Of a DNA stretch of 64,000 nucleotides, positions 39,601-49,500 are shown piece after piece. This DNA comes from a virus. The stretch's first letter is position 1. Each line of letters starts with the position of its first letter. A program made the position numbers and the translations under genes. The notes under the pieces were generated by a model. The model did not search any database. It was not told the origin of the DNA and worked only from the letters and a program-made list of their open reading frames with translations. The stretch lies in IMG/VR virus record IMGVR_UViG_3300020056_002227, positions 64,001 through 128,000 of that record. One strand, 5' to 3'.

Positions 39601-42600
39601 AATTCTTTCATTGGAACAACGCGTGTTGATGAAGGTTTTGATGAGATCATTGCTGCCCTTGATAACCGAGGCACATTATATACACCTACAGATGCGACAT
39701 ATGACCCAGATACTGGTCTCATGGTTGCAACAATCGGTGCTCATACACTCACCGTTGGAAGAAAGATTCTTATCGGTGAAGGTGGAATCACATTTAGTTG
39801 CGGCACAGATGGTAACGTAACTCAAATTTCTCACCCAAGACCAACAGATCCTGCATTCAACAGCCCGTTGGAAATCTTGGCCGTTACAGCAACCACGATT
39901 ACAGTTGACGTTGGAACATCTTTCTATAAAGGTGTACACACATTCGTATCGGCACTAGATAACTCAATCATCGAATTGGGCTCTGAAATTACTTTCTCAG
40001 ACGATGCAGCAATCCCTGCTGACAGACGTAATGCAAGAAAGCAACTGCAGGCTAACAGAGGTTTCTTGCAGGATATGGTTATAGGATATATCGACAATAA
40101 CTATTTCCTATACGACTCTGAAAAGTGTGAGCGTGATATGACTCAATACATTCTACCTGCGGTAGAAAGAGACGTTATCACTGGATCCAATTTCAATGCT
40201 CGTCAAACAGGTATTGCTTACAGAGCCGGCACGATGGGTGCCGAGACAGTGGTCAGACAGCAATTACCAGAGACTGTTGGCGCAATCGAACATCTGAAAG
40301 GTTTAACCACTGCTGGGGTAAATGATCCAGCTGCATCTCACAGAGCAGAAGAATCGTTTAATCAGATTATTGATATTGTTAATAGCAATGGTAAGACATA
40401 TACTCCTACGTCTGGAACAACATATGATCCTGATACTGGTCAAATGATATTAGAGATTGGCTCTCATGATCTGCAAGAAGGTCAATCTATTATCATTGCA
40501 GACGAGAGTGTTACCTTTACCTGTGCCTTAGATTCTAATGTGACACAACATTCTTACCCACAGAAAGGTCATCCTGCATATAGAACTCCTGTAACAATTA
40601 ACAAAGTTACAGCAACCACTATATCCGTCAATGTTGGTGGATATGAGAATGGTACGGTTCACACATTTGTAAGTGCAACTGCTGATTGTATTAAGGCTGG
40701 TTCTTATATCAGTACATATACTCCATCTGATGCTCAATACGATCCAACTAATGGCGTAATGGTTGCAGTTATAGGCAAACACAATTTGGTCAAGGGAGAT
40801 TACATTCAATTCAAACCTTTGAGTATTACGTTTGAATGTAACGGAGATCAGATTACACACCCAAGACCTACTGATCCATTCTATAATAAGCAAATTAAAG
40901 TTGATGCAGTAACAGCAACATCGATCACAATGAATGTTGGTGATGCTGGTGGTTATACGGGTGCCCATACATTTGTAAGTGCAGAAGTTGGTGCGATCGA
41001 AGCAGATCCTATCATTTGGACAGATCCTGCAACATATCTGGATTACTATACACCGACGGATGCTACATATGATCCTAGCACGGGTATCAGTACGGTCACA
41101 TTACCAGGTCATGATATTGAAATTGGTGATTATGTTGAATTTGCTCCTTATAGTTTCACATTTACTTGTGCGGATGATGGCAATGCTACTGAGCATTCTT
41201 ATCCTCGTAAGGGTGACAGTAATTATCGTGAAACAATGGAAGTCACCAACGTCGCTGGAGATGTTATCACGGTTAATGTTGGTGGAACCGGTGGTGGTGG
41301 GTTACACACATTTGTAAGTGCATCAGATGCTGCCGTTGCTAAGACAACTTATAATTCTCAGGGTCAAAGAGCAAGAGAACAATTACAAGCTAACAGAACA
41401 TTCCTCCAAGAAGAGGTAATGGCCTTCCTCGATACGCAATACTTTGTCTTTGATGGCGATAAGTGTTCAAGAGACACAGGATATATTCTTGAAGCTGTCA
41501 GACGTGACGTATCTACTGGGTCGAATTATAATTCGGTCTATGCTGGTCTTGCATATCGTGCAGGAACTACCAGTGGAGATTATGTCATTTCAGACCAACT
41601 TCCACAAACCGTTGCTGCAATAGGTTATCTGAAAGATGAAATTGCAAGCAGAGTAACTGGTTCAGAGTTGACTGCCGCTAATGCAGGATTCGATGAGATT
41701 ATCGATATCTTGAGTAATGGTACAGGAAATGCAGATACCTTGAATTTTGGAACTGCAACTGTTGGTATTACTGGTCAAAACGGCAGATTACATTTACAAG
41801 CAAATAAGACATTCTTGCAAGAAGAAGCAATTGCGTACATTGCACAAGAATTCCCCGGCTTTGTTTATGATCAAGCCAAGTGCAGAAGAGATATTGGTTA
41901 TCTAGTAGATGCAATTTCTTTCGATATTTCTCATGGGTCTAATACCTCTGCAATCAATTTTGCTAGATTGTATTTCGATAAGGGTATTAGTACACTGCCT
42001 GAAAATCAAAAGGCTAAGACCGCAGAGGTTTATGAACACCTTGCAAATGTTGCTTCTAATATTGTACAAGCAATTGGTGTTACACCCACCACAGGCAATG
42101 CACAAAGTCAAGATATTGCAAATGCCGATGCTGGAATTGAAATTGCTAAGAGAACATATGATCTGATGGATCTTACTGCTAAGGTGATCAGAGAGGATAC
42201 TCTTGATTGGTTGCCAACAGCAATTGAACCCGGTTACAACACCGTGGCTCAGATGACAGCATCTAATACAATTGATGGAATTACAGAATCACTTCAGGGT
42301 GGTGTAATTAAGTACCTCAGAGAATTCCACAACGGTCTTCCTTATAATAAAGAAAAGTGCTACAGAGATGTCGGTCTCATTACCGATGCAATTTCTAAGG
42401 ATATCGAATACGGTGGAAATGCATCCACAATCGAAGCTGCAAAATATTACTTCACTGTCGATGAAAGACTTGCATCTTCTTATGAAGAACTCAGAACCAA
42501 GAACGTTCTTTCTATTCCAGTAACAGGTCAGTTCTCTGTGCTGGATGATCTGGCTGCAGTATCTGGTCTTAGAGAGGCTACAAATATTCTGCCTCAAGAA

Positions 42601-45600
42601 CAGCGTATTCCTACCAAGAGAGCGTTCGAACATCTGGCTGCAACCGCGGCCTCTATCGTTCAAGAAGTTGCAGTAACACCTACCACAGGTAATGCTCAAG
42701 TACAGGACGTATCTGGTACAGCCGCAGATGCTGCTACAGGTACAGCAGTGGCAAACCTGTTTAATATTATTTCTGGTGTTGTCGATGATAATGATCTCGA
42801 CAATCTGACCACTACCGAAGTCAAGCCACTTGCTGATCCTAATAGAACAGTTGCTCGTCAGCAGATCCAAATGAACAAAGAGTTCATTATTGATGAGGTT
42901 GTTGCTTATCTCAACGATGAGTTCTTCACCTTTGACGGTGAGAAATGTAAGAGAGATTTGGGCCTGATCATAGATGCAGTAAGACGAGACGTACTGACTG
43001 GTTCTGATTTCAATTCAAACTTTAACGGTCAGGCTTATAGGTCTGGAACTGTAGGTTCGAATTTGGTCATTGATGAACAGCTCACAGAAACCGTTTCTGC
43101 TATCAGATATGCAAAAGACCTTTGCGTGAATTCGATCGTCGATCCTGCTACGGCAACAATTGCTGCAGCAAGATTCGACAAGATTATCGATATCATGGGT
43201 AATGGTACTGCATATTCTAACGTAATTGAATACGGTTTTGATTCTGTCACGGCTGAAAGAATTAATGCAAGATCACAGTTACAGCTCAATAGAGCGTTCA
43301 TCCAGGCAGAAATAACTGCATGGATTGCACTGAATTACGGATCACTCACATATGATGTTGCTAAGTGTGAAAGAGACGTTGGCTATCTGGTAGATTCTGT
43401 GTCTTGGGATATTCAACACGGTGGTAATACAGCTTCGAGAAATAATGCAACACTGTATTTTGAGAATGCTGTAAGCACTCTACCTGAAGATCAACGTGCT
43501 CCTACTGCAGCCGCATTTGTTCACCTTGCTGCAGTTGCTAGATTAATTGCTAATGGTGATCCTGTCACACCTACAACTGGTAATGCCCAGACACAGAATA
43601 CTGCTTCTGGTAACTCCGGTGGACCAATTGCAAGTGTTGTAGAGTCTCTATTCACAATTGTCGCAAATGCAATTCAGCAAAATGGAATCGACGGATTACC
43701 TGCTCTTGAAGAGCCTATTGTAACTGCTTATAATCCAGAATTGCAAGCCGCATATAATTCTATGGGCACAGCAAAGATAACTGCCCAAGACGGCGTATTG
43801 CAACACCTTTCTACTTACTTCAATACTCTTTACTACAATGAAGATAAGTGCAGAAGAGATACCGGCTACATTATCGATGCCGTATCACACGATATTCAAT
43901 ACGGTGGTAATGCTGCTACTGTAAATGCTGCTCACAACTACTTCCAAAATGCTGTAAGTACATTGCCTCTCAATCAGAGAGAACCTACCAGAAAGGCATT
44001 CTTACGCTTGGGTATGGTGATGAATCATATTACCCGCGAGATGGAAGTAACACCGACTGTTGGAAACACACAGACTCAATTCTATAACCATGTTGCTGCA
44101 AATCCTGCAACAGGCATGTTGGTTGAAGATCTGGTTAAGATTGTTGCTAATTCGGTTGATGATGCAACTCCGGCAACTACAGCAATTCCTGCAATTGTTG
44201 AACCTTCTCAGACATGGGTTTCTGGCAATTACACCAGTGCTGTAGATGTGATAGAGAGTTCTTCTAAGACATGGGCAGACGGTGTGATCAGTCACATTAG
44301 TACCACTTACAACGGATTGAGCTTCCCACGAGGTAAGTGCAGAAGAGATGTTGGATATCTTGTTGATGCCGTTTCTCACGATGTTCAATACGGTGGAAAC
44401 TATGCTAGTAGAATTGCGGCAGGAATTTATTTTGAGAATGGAATTTCTGTACTCCCAGCAGACACTAGAGTACAAACCGCTGACATTTATAATTTCCTAG
44501 GTGTTCTATTGGCTGGTGTTGTGCAAGAGACTGATGTTTCTAATACTACACTAACAGATACAGCACAAGATACAAGTGGTACTCCTGCTACTCTAACCGA
44601 AGGTACAAGAGTTGCAGAGTTGATATCGATAGTAGAAACCGTAATTAGAGATGACGATTTAGATGCTCTGCCAATTATGGAAGAGCCAGATACATCTTGG
44701 GTTGCGGCAGATCTCATTGCAACAGCAGAGATGATCGATGACAATACCGAAGAGCTGTCAATTGATCTGGTCGAATTCTTAAGAAGAGAATTTGATGTTC
44801 TGGATTACAACCGAGATAAGTGTCGACGAGACACTGGATATCTACTTGATGCATTTAGCTATGATCTGAACTATGGAGGTAATACTGCATCTCGCTGGAA
44901 TGCTGACTTCTACTTCTGGAATCAGATTTACAGAATCCCAGAAGATCAGAGAGTACCTACTGCTAGATCTTATCAGCAACTCGGTCGAATCTGTAAAGAT
45001 GTTGTCCTTGGTAAATACCCAGGTCAGGTCGTCAAGAGTGGAACTGGAACCGAGGTAGAATCTAAAAAGGTTCAGGACCTTGCAAACATCTTCTACCTGA
45101 CTCAAATAAATAACGATACAACATATCTACCCGTAAAAGAAGAGCCAGATTATAGCTGGATTCCAGATATTGTATCTGATGTGTCATCGATTCTGGAGTT
45201 TAATAAGATTGATCTAGCTTTCGATACAGTAAGATATGTAAATGCGACATATAAATACATTGATATTAATCTCACACGTAGAGATGGTTTGAATTTGTTG
45301 AAGGCCATTGAGCAAGACTTTAAGACGCTCAACCCACAGGGGCCACCTGCTTCAGATGATTACCTAGAGAACGGAGATAGACAAAGAACCAGAGCATATA
45401 CAGCTGCATTGTTTGATTTCAATGGTAATCAGGCATTCCCTGTATTCAATGCTACAACACCTGGTTTGAGGTATCAAAGTTCTGTACAAAGAAGTGCTGG
45501 TGATGCAACTGATGTTGATGGTGCAATCCCTCTGGCAGACCGCAAACCATATTATGCATATATTGTGGCAACAGACTTGAATACAAGTTTCTACGCTGGA

Positions 45601-46098
45601 GATATATACTATTGGGATGGAACACAATGGATATTTGATGGGCCAAACAATACCGATCTACTAGATGCCTTTACTGGTGCTTGGGAGAGAATGAGAGATT
45701 ATCTAGTTACTCTTTCACCAGATGCAGATCACACTGCAATGATTAATGGCTTGATCGATGATTGTTTGATCGATAACGTACTAAGACCAGAAACATTGAC
45801 ATTCGGGTCTCTAGTTGAATCGATTGCTCACCAGTTTAACGGTGCCTCTGCTGGTGTAAACAGAAACGCACTTCCATTGAACTTCCGAAACCTTGGTCTG
45901 CCAATCTCGGCACTGGCCTCGGTTCTCTCAGAAGATGGAGGACGTGTGAGATGGTCTGGTGCTGATGAATTGAATAACCAGTACTTTGCAAGGGGTTTGA
46001 GAATCAACGGTAGAACAGGAAGAATTGAAGGTAGACCATTTACCTCATCGGTAAGAAAACTTGCAAGAAGAGCTTCTAACAGCAGAGCTTCAGTATAA
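36610..46098 (+). CDS. giant virion-cluster protein: beta-solenoid N-terminus, pectin-lyase-like region, 11 phycobiliprotein-like KCxRD domains and 4 beta modules
   Basis: KISEL N-terminal motif; S/N/D-rich 5-residue periodicity; IYVD..KGDD.NPG...P..T; repeated KCxRD domains; late promoter and fibre-gene context. Confidence 0.85.
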   Translation: MSKISELGPITGANTRSEDLFVIVNLVQGDDGTKNITRKELVEALQYEIFSRIRITGESITTTFISNSDLDNVRIDNSTMEDSDISRSDFNNGTLRNSSGDNLVIINSQFNDGTADNIVITNSQFNQGDMEDVDGDNVRLINSTIDDSAISDSTANNISITDSTFNNGALSNSTANNLAITASTFDNGELTNSTGDNLDITNSNFENGTIANTQIETSVFQNGVVRDSDLINVDITDSTFDNGDLTNSSGDNLTIVNSDFSDGTGNNNVFTNTTVDRSLITNSEIANTSFTGTMDGVVATNMTITSSTADGFSQKNSTFEDGGIDRSTFENGVIDKSKLVDFDMEINDEFEPHIDENSWFALKNEKTGEVERITYAQFFSEISKTTESDLKIYVDAAKGDDDNPGTVLQPIRTLERASELAKEKAGGSFDRNAINNAIHITVGPGTYYTKGNIALPDDCAMTSTAGQYATVIEALPGYEQNNAILVGSGNYVQGFAFQNWKIDNFDFPEGGFACAYRPGAKLLRSPYIRDSSQLSNFLREDVEPPLQPFNTKGNVLDLGREFILEVGHTGAFLQDDEITFSSGAKGYISWDDTNDADAGLTPDLATNRKIFVRNLKNNKGFAVGDTVRSESGGLGVIQEIGIDNFPNPLVGRGGGCMLADRRVLDPDSLYTYVLCFGFTPRSQNGMGYVARDGAGVNGIGSLSIFVRVAFYALNGGQMTLNNSGTQFGDISMRAKGSTKIFAPKDTTANMLGNSAFADVITDNEDLIIQDMVEYLTANTASGGLGYTGYDAAKCERDSKIIIDGLGYDMSLDTNYWGRLAGITYRSPISSKVVGEQLEATLGANRYLQDRINDVFQGSNTEIFTRANTSWNELYNVVEYGEENMNPIIFADTGNSARTSAREIIQDNRSFIQDELLDWIDDNDQFYAYDSVKCRRDTTEYILPAVKYDMLLDTNYNSVRAGGAYYMKSAEKVVGQQRNETIAAYKRLKEQTNELIDANSFIGTTRVDEGFDEIIAALDNRGTLYTPTDATYDPDTGLMVATIGAHTLTVGRKILIGEGGITFSCGTDGNVTQISHPRPTDPAFNSPLEILAVTATTITVDVGTSFYKGVHTFVSALDNSIIELGSEITFSDDAAIPADRRNARKQLQANRGFLQDMVIGYIDNNYFLYDSEKCERDMTQYILPAVERDVITGSNFNARQTGIAYRAGTMGAETVVRQQLPETVGAIEHLKGLTTAGVNDPAASHRAEESFNQIIDIVNSNGKTYTPTSGTTYDPDTGQMILEIGSHDLQEGQSIIIADESVTFTCALDSNVTQHSYPQKGHPAYRTPVTINKVTATTISVNVGGYENGTVHTFVSATADCIKAGSYISTYTPSDAQYDPTNGVMVAVIGKHNLVKGDYIQFKPLSITFECNGDQITHPRPTDPFYNKQIKVDAVTATSITMNVGDAGGYTGAHTFVSAEVGAIEADPIIWTDPATYLDYYTPTDATYDPSTGISTVTLPGHDIEIGDYVEFAPYSFTFTCADDGNATEHSYPRKGDSNYRETMEVTNVAGDVITVNVGGTGGGGLHTFVSASDAAVAKTTYNSQGQRAREQLQANRTFLQEEVMAFLDTQYFVFDGDKCSRDTGYILEAVRRDVSTGSNYNSVYAGLAYRAGTTSGDYVISDQLPQTVAAIGYLKDEIASRVTGSELTAANAGFDEIIDILSNGTGNADTLNFGTATVGITGQNGRLHLQANKTFLQEEAIAYIAQEFPGFVYDQAKCRRDIGYLVDAISFDISHGSNTSAINFARLYFDKGISTLPENQKAKTAEVYEHLANVASNIVQAIGVTPTTGNAQSQDIANADAGIEIAKRTYDLMDLTAKVIREDTLDWLPTAIEPGYNTVAQMTASNTIDGITESLQGGVIKYLREFHNGLPYNKEKCYRDVGLITDAISKDIEYGGNASTIEAAKYYFTVDERLASSYEELRTKNVLSIPVTGQFSVLDDLAAVSGLREATNILPQEQRIPTKRAFEHLAATAASIVQEVAVTPTTGNAQVQDVSGTAADAATGTAVANLFNIISGVVDDNDLDNLTTTEVKPLADPNRTVARQQIQMNKEFIIDEVVAYLNDEFFTFDGEKCKRDLGLIIDAVRRDVLTGSDFNSNFNGQAYRSGTVGSNLVIDEQLTETVSAIRYAKDLCVNSIVDPATATIAAARFDKIIDIMGNGTAYSNVIEYGFDSVTAERINARSQLQLNRAFIQAEITAWIALNYGSLTYDVAKCERDVGYLVDSVSWDIQHGGNTASRNNATLYFENAVSTLPEDQRAPTAAAFVHLAAVARLIANGDPVTPTTGNAQTQNTASGNSGGPIASVVESLFTIVANAIQQNGIDGLPALEEPIVTAYNPELQAAYNSMGTAKITAQDGVLQHLSTYFNTLYYNEDKCRRDTGYIIDAVSHDIQYGGNAATVNAAHNYFQNAVSTLPLNQREPTRKAFLRLGMVMNHITREMEVTPTVGNTQTQFYNHVAANPATGMLVEDLVKIVANSVDDATPATTAIPAIVEPSQTWVSGNYTSAVDVIESSSKTWADGVISHISTTYNGLSFPRGKCRRDVGYLVDAVSHDVQYGGNYASRIAAGIYFENGISVLPADTRVQTADIYNFLGVLLAGVVQETDVSNTTLTDTAQDTSGTPATLTEGTRVAELISIVETVIRDDDLDALPIMEEPDTSWVAADLIATAEMIDDNTEELSIDLVEFLRREFDVLDYNRDKCRRDTGYLLDAFSYDLNYGGNTASRWNADFYFWNQIYRIPEDQRVPTARSYQQLGRICKDVVLGKYPGQVVKSGTGTEVESKKVQDLANIFYLTQINNDTTYLPVKEEPDYSWIPDIVSDVSSILEFNKIDLAFDTVRYVNATYKYIDINLTRRDGLNLLKAIEQDFKTLNPQGPPASDDYLENGDRQRTRAYTAALFDFNGNQAFPVFNATTPGLRYQSSVQRSAGDATDVDGAIPLADRKPYYAYIVATDLNTSFYAGDIYYWDGTQWIFDGPNNTDLLDAFTGAWERMRDYLVTLSPDADHTAMINGLIDDCLIDNVLRPETLTFGSLVESIAHQFNGASAGVNRNALPLNFRNLGLPISALASVLSEDGGRVRWSGADELNNQYFARGLRINGRTGRIEGRPFTSSVRKLARRASNSRASV
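38860..45420 (+). repeat. 11 KCxRD helical repeat domains (plus one degenerate)
   Basis: Lys codons of KCxRD at 38986, 39403, 40123, 41461, 41878, 42355, 42943, 43363, 43846, 44335, 44818; degenerate LTRRD near 45270. Confidence 0.9.
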
Positions 46099-46113
46099 AG
46101 GATAGAGAAATAA

Positions 46114-46584
46114 ATGTCATATACAACTAAAATAGATCCAGTAGACGGTACTACGATTATCGTTACTACCCAGGCTCCGGATGCACTACCAATTGGAAAG
46201 ACCCTGGAGTTGAGTACAGAATGGCAGGTACTTATTGATGTTCCAAAATTTGAAGTTCCTGAGCTTGTATTCGGTGGTTCTACCACTATCGAACCTGGAA
46301 TTGGTGAGGTAATTTCTCCTCTCATTGTTGCAAATAAAACAAGTAATACTGTTGCAATTGATGTGAGAACGCACCGATTCATAGAGCCGGTGCCAGGCCA
46401 AGGAAATGAATTTTATCTTATTAGAAACCTTAGGATACCTGCTTATGATACCATACCAATTCCGCTTAATGGACAGTTTTTTGCTACAGGTGACACATTA
46501 GAGGCCAAGGCCAGTGCAAACTTAGCAATTGACTCAACTATATCATATACCTTAGGACAAGCGGAAGAGTACGATGTCGACTAG
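46114..46584 (+). CDS. hypothetical beta-rich virion protein
   Basis: AAGGA SD; beta-sandwich-like pattern ending GDTL.A.AS; lies between two giant structural genes. Confidence 0.75.
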   Translation: MSYTTKIDPVDGTTIIVTTQAPDALPIGKTLELSTEWQVLIDVPKFEVPELVFGGSTTIEPGIGEVISPLIVANKTSNTVAIDVRTHRFIEPVPGQGNEFYLIRNLRIPAYDTIPIPLNGQFFATGDTLEAKASANLAIDSTISYTLGQAEEYDVD

Positions 46585-49500
46585 ATTTAGATCCATTGGC
46601 TCCAAGACCATTACTCTTGGGCAGGGAATACCACAACAGTTTCCCATTCAATTAGATCCAGCCCCATTTGAGGGTGCCATTGTTTATGCAGATAATGGTA
46701 CAATTAAACTCTCGAATGGTACGGCGTGGGTTGATGTTGGAGCAGGGCCTCAAGGTGTCCAAGGTTTTACAGGTACCCAAGGTGTCCAAGGTATCCAAGG
46801 TGAGTATGGGCCAGGATTTACAATCATCGGTTCGGTACCAGATGTAGACGCAGGTGGTGATCCACAAGCAACTTTAAATGCAGCATTCCCCAGTCCAAAT
46901 ATAGGTGAAGGTGTCATCGATGATACCGACGACGAGCTTTGGATTTGGGATGGTACCAATTGGATTAATATCGGTTCATTCCGTGGTGTTCAAGGTCTTC
47001 AAGGCACTCAGGGTGTTCAAGGTCTTCAAGGCACACTCGGAGAAAAAGGTATTCAAGGTACCCGTGGTTATAGAGGACCACAGGGAACCCAAGGTACTCA
47101 AGGTTTCCAAGGTGTTCAAGGCTTCCAAGGCAATCAGGGCATACAAGGTGTCCAAGGGCCTCAGGCCTCACAGGGTACCCAAGGTATTCAAGGTAATCAA
47201 GGACTTCAGGGTCTTCAAGGTGTTCAAGGACCGCAAGCTTCACAAGGAACTCAAGGCTTCCAAGGCAATCAAGGGATGCAGGGTTTCAACGGTGATGATG
47301 CTGGATCGGTATATGAATATCGACTACTAAATTCTAATATTGAGGCTGACCCAGGTAGTGGTCAGATGATTTGGAATTTACCTAGCAACCCAACCGATAC
47401 TTTCTCCACAACTACAAGAATTTGGATTGACGATGAAGCCTTCTATGGCGTAAACATGGAAGGAATTTATTCGGCAATCGCAGCAGCAGACTCTGTTAAT
47501 AAAGCCTACATGAAGGTAACAAAGCGTGGGCAACCAGATGATTATGTTGTATTTACTATTCAGGCAATTTCTGATAGTACCGGTTACTGGCAATTAGATG
47601 TAACATTTATAGCCGGTAATGCAATCAGAGAGAATTTCGTTGAAGAAACATCACCTGGTGTTTTTACTTCTTATCCTCTACTCGTAGATTTTTCTATCAG
47701 TGGTGATAAGGGAATTCAAGGTGATCAAGGCACCCAAGGTTTCCAAGGACTACAAGGACCTCAAGGTCCACAAGGAATGCAGGGAACACAAGGTGTTCAA
47801 GGTGTCCAAGGCCCACAAGGGCTTACCGGTAATCAAGGTACCGTTGGTGCTTACGGCGGTGTAACATTTAGATACGAGTATAATGCTCTCGATGTAACTA
47901 ATACAGACCCCACACCCGGATTCTTAAAGGGTGATAATGCAATATTAGGTAATGCTACTGAATTATACATTGACGTCACTGATGCTGATGGTGTTACCAT
48001 TAGTGCAATGCTTGCAGATTTCTATGCGTCTTCAAATCCAAATAGTAAGGGCTATTTGAAACTGGCAGATGCATCCAACGTCTATAATTATGCTCTCTTT
48101 GAGGTGACAGGTGGTAACCTTGTAGGTACTGCTGGAACTGGATATCACGCAGTAGCAGTAAATAGTCTTGTTACAGGTCAAACCTATTCTAACGGTACAG
48201 ATTTCCGAATCTCATTTATAAGAACTGGTGATCAAGGCATACAGGGCAATCAAGGTACTCAGGGTATTCAAGGTTTCCAAGGTTCACAGGGTACTCAAGG
48301 CTTCCAAGGATCTCAAGGGACTCAGGGTATCCAAGGTGTTCAAGGACCACAAGGTCTTCAAGGTACTCAAGGTTTCCAAGGAACACAAGGCACACAGGGC
48401 ATTCAAGGATTACAGGGTGTACAAGGTTCCGTTGGTGATTTCGGTGGCCTTACATTTGATTATACATTCGATTCTGCGACCACTGATGCAGATCCTGGTC
48501 AAGGTAATTTAAGGTTTGATAATGCTGCATTTGATTCAGCAACTAAAATGTATATCGATGACCTCGATGATGCAGCTAATGATCTTTCTCCACTCTTCAC
48601 GGAACTTGACATTAATGCAAGTGGTGTAAAAGGCCTGTTTAGAATTATTAATGCAGCCGATGTTACCGAGTTTGCTACATTCAATTATACAGAAATCACA
48701 GATTCTACCGGTTATCATACCTTTGATGTAGCCCACATTGCTGGTGTAACCTCGTTCACAAATGGCGCAGATATTAGAATTACATTTGTTCGAACTGGAG
48801 ACCCAGGCCCTCAGGGTGCTCAAGGTTCTCAAGGACCTCAGGGTACCCAAGGTTTCCAAGGTGTTCAAGGGCTACAAGGTATCCAAGGTACACAGGGCAT
48901 CCAAGGCACACAGGGCATCCAAGGTATGCAAGGTACCGTAGGAGATCACGGTGGACTTTCTTGGAATTATCTCTTTGATTCAAATACAAGTTCTGGATCG
49001 GCCCCAGTTGCAAATAGCTGGAAGATTGATAACTCCAATATAACGCTTGCAACGAAGCTTGTCATCGATGATATTCCAGATGATGCATACAGCAACGAAT
49101 TAGATGACTTCTTTACCTATCTTGGTGCAATACCCGGTTCTCCAAAGGGTCATATTCTTATTGAGAGCACAGCGGATAACGATGGACCTGCAGGTCATCA
49201 CTTTGTTGTCTACGAGTTTACTGCATTTAACTGGGATAGTGCATCTGAATTATACGGTATCTTTGATGTAAACTACATTGCATCAGGAGCTGTAACAAGT
49301 AATAACTGGAATAACGTAGAGTCCGATCACGGCCCAGATACACTGGTTCACTTTATTCCGGCTGGACCACAAGGTACTCAGGGACCACAAGGTACTCAAG
49401 GATTTACTGGTATTCAAGGTGGTGCAGGTGCCTCCGGTGGTGTAACATTCGAATATGAGTTCGATACAGATACTGGCACTTCTCTCTTAGGTGCACCTGG

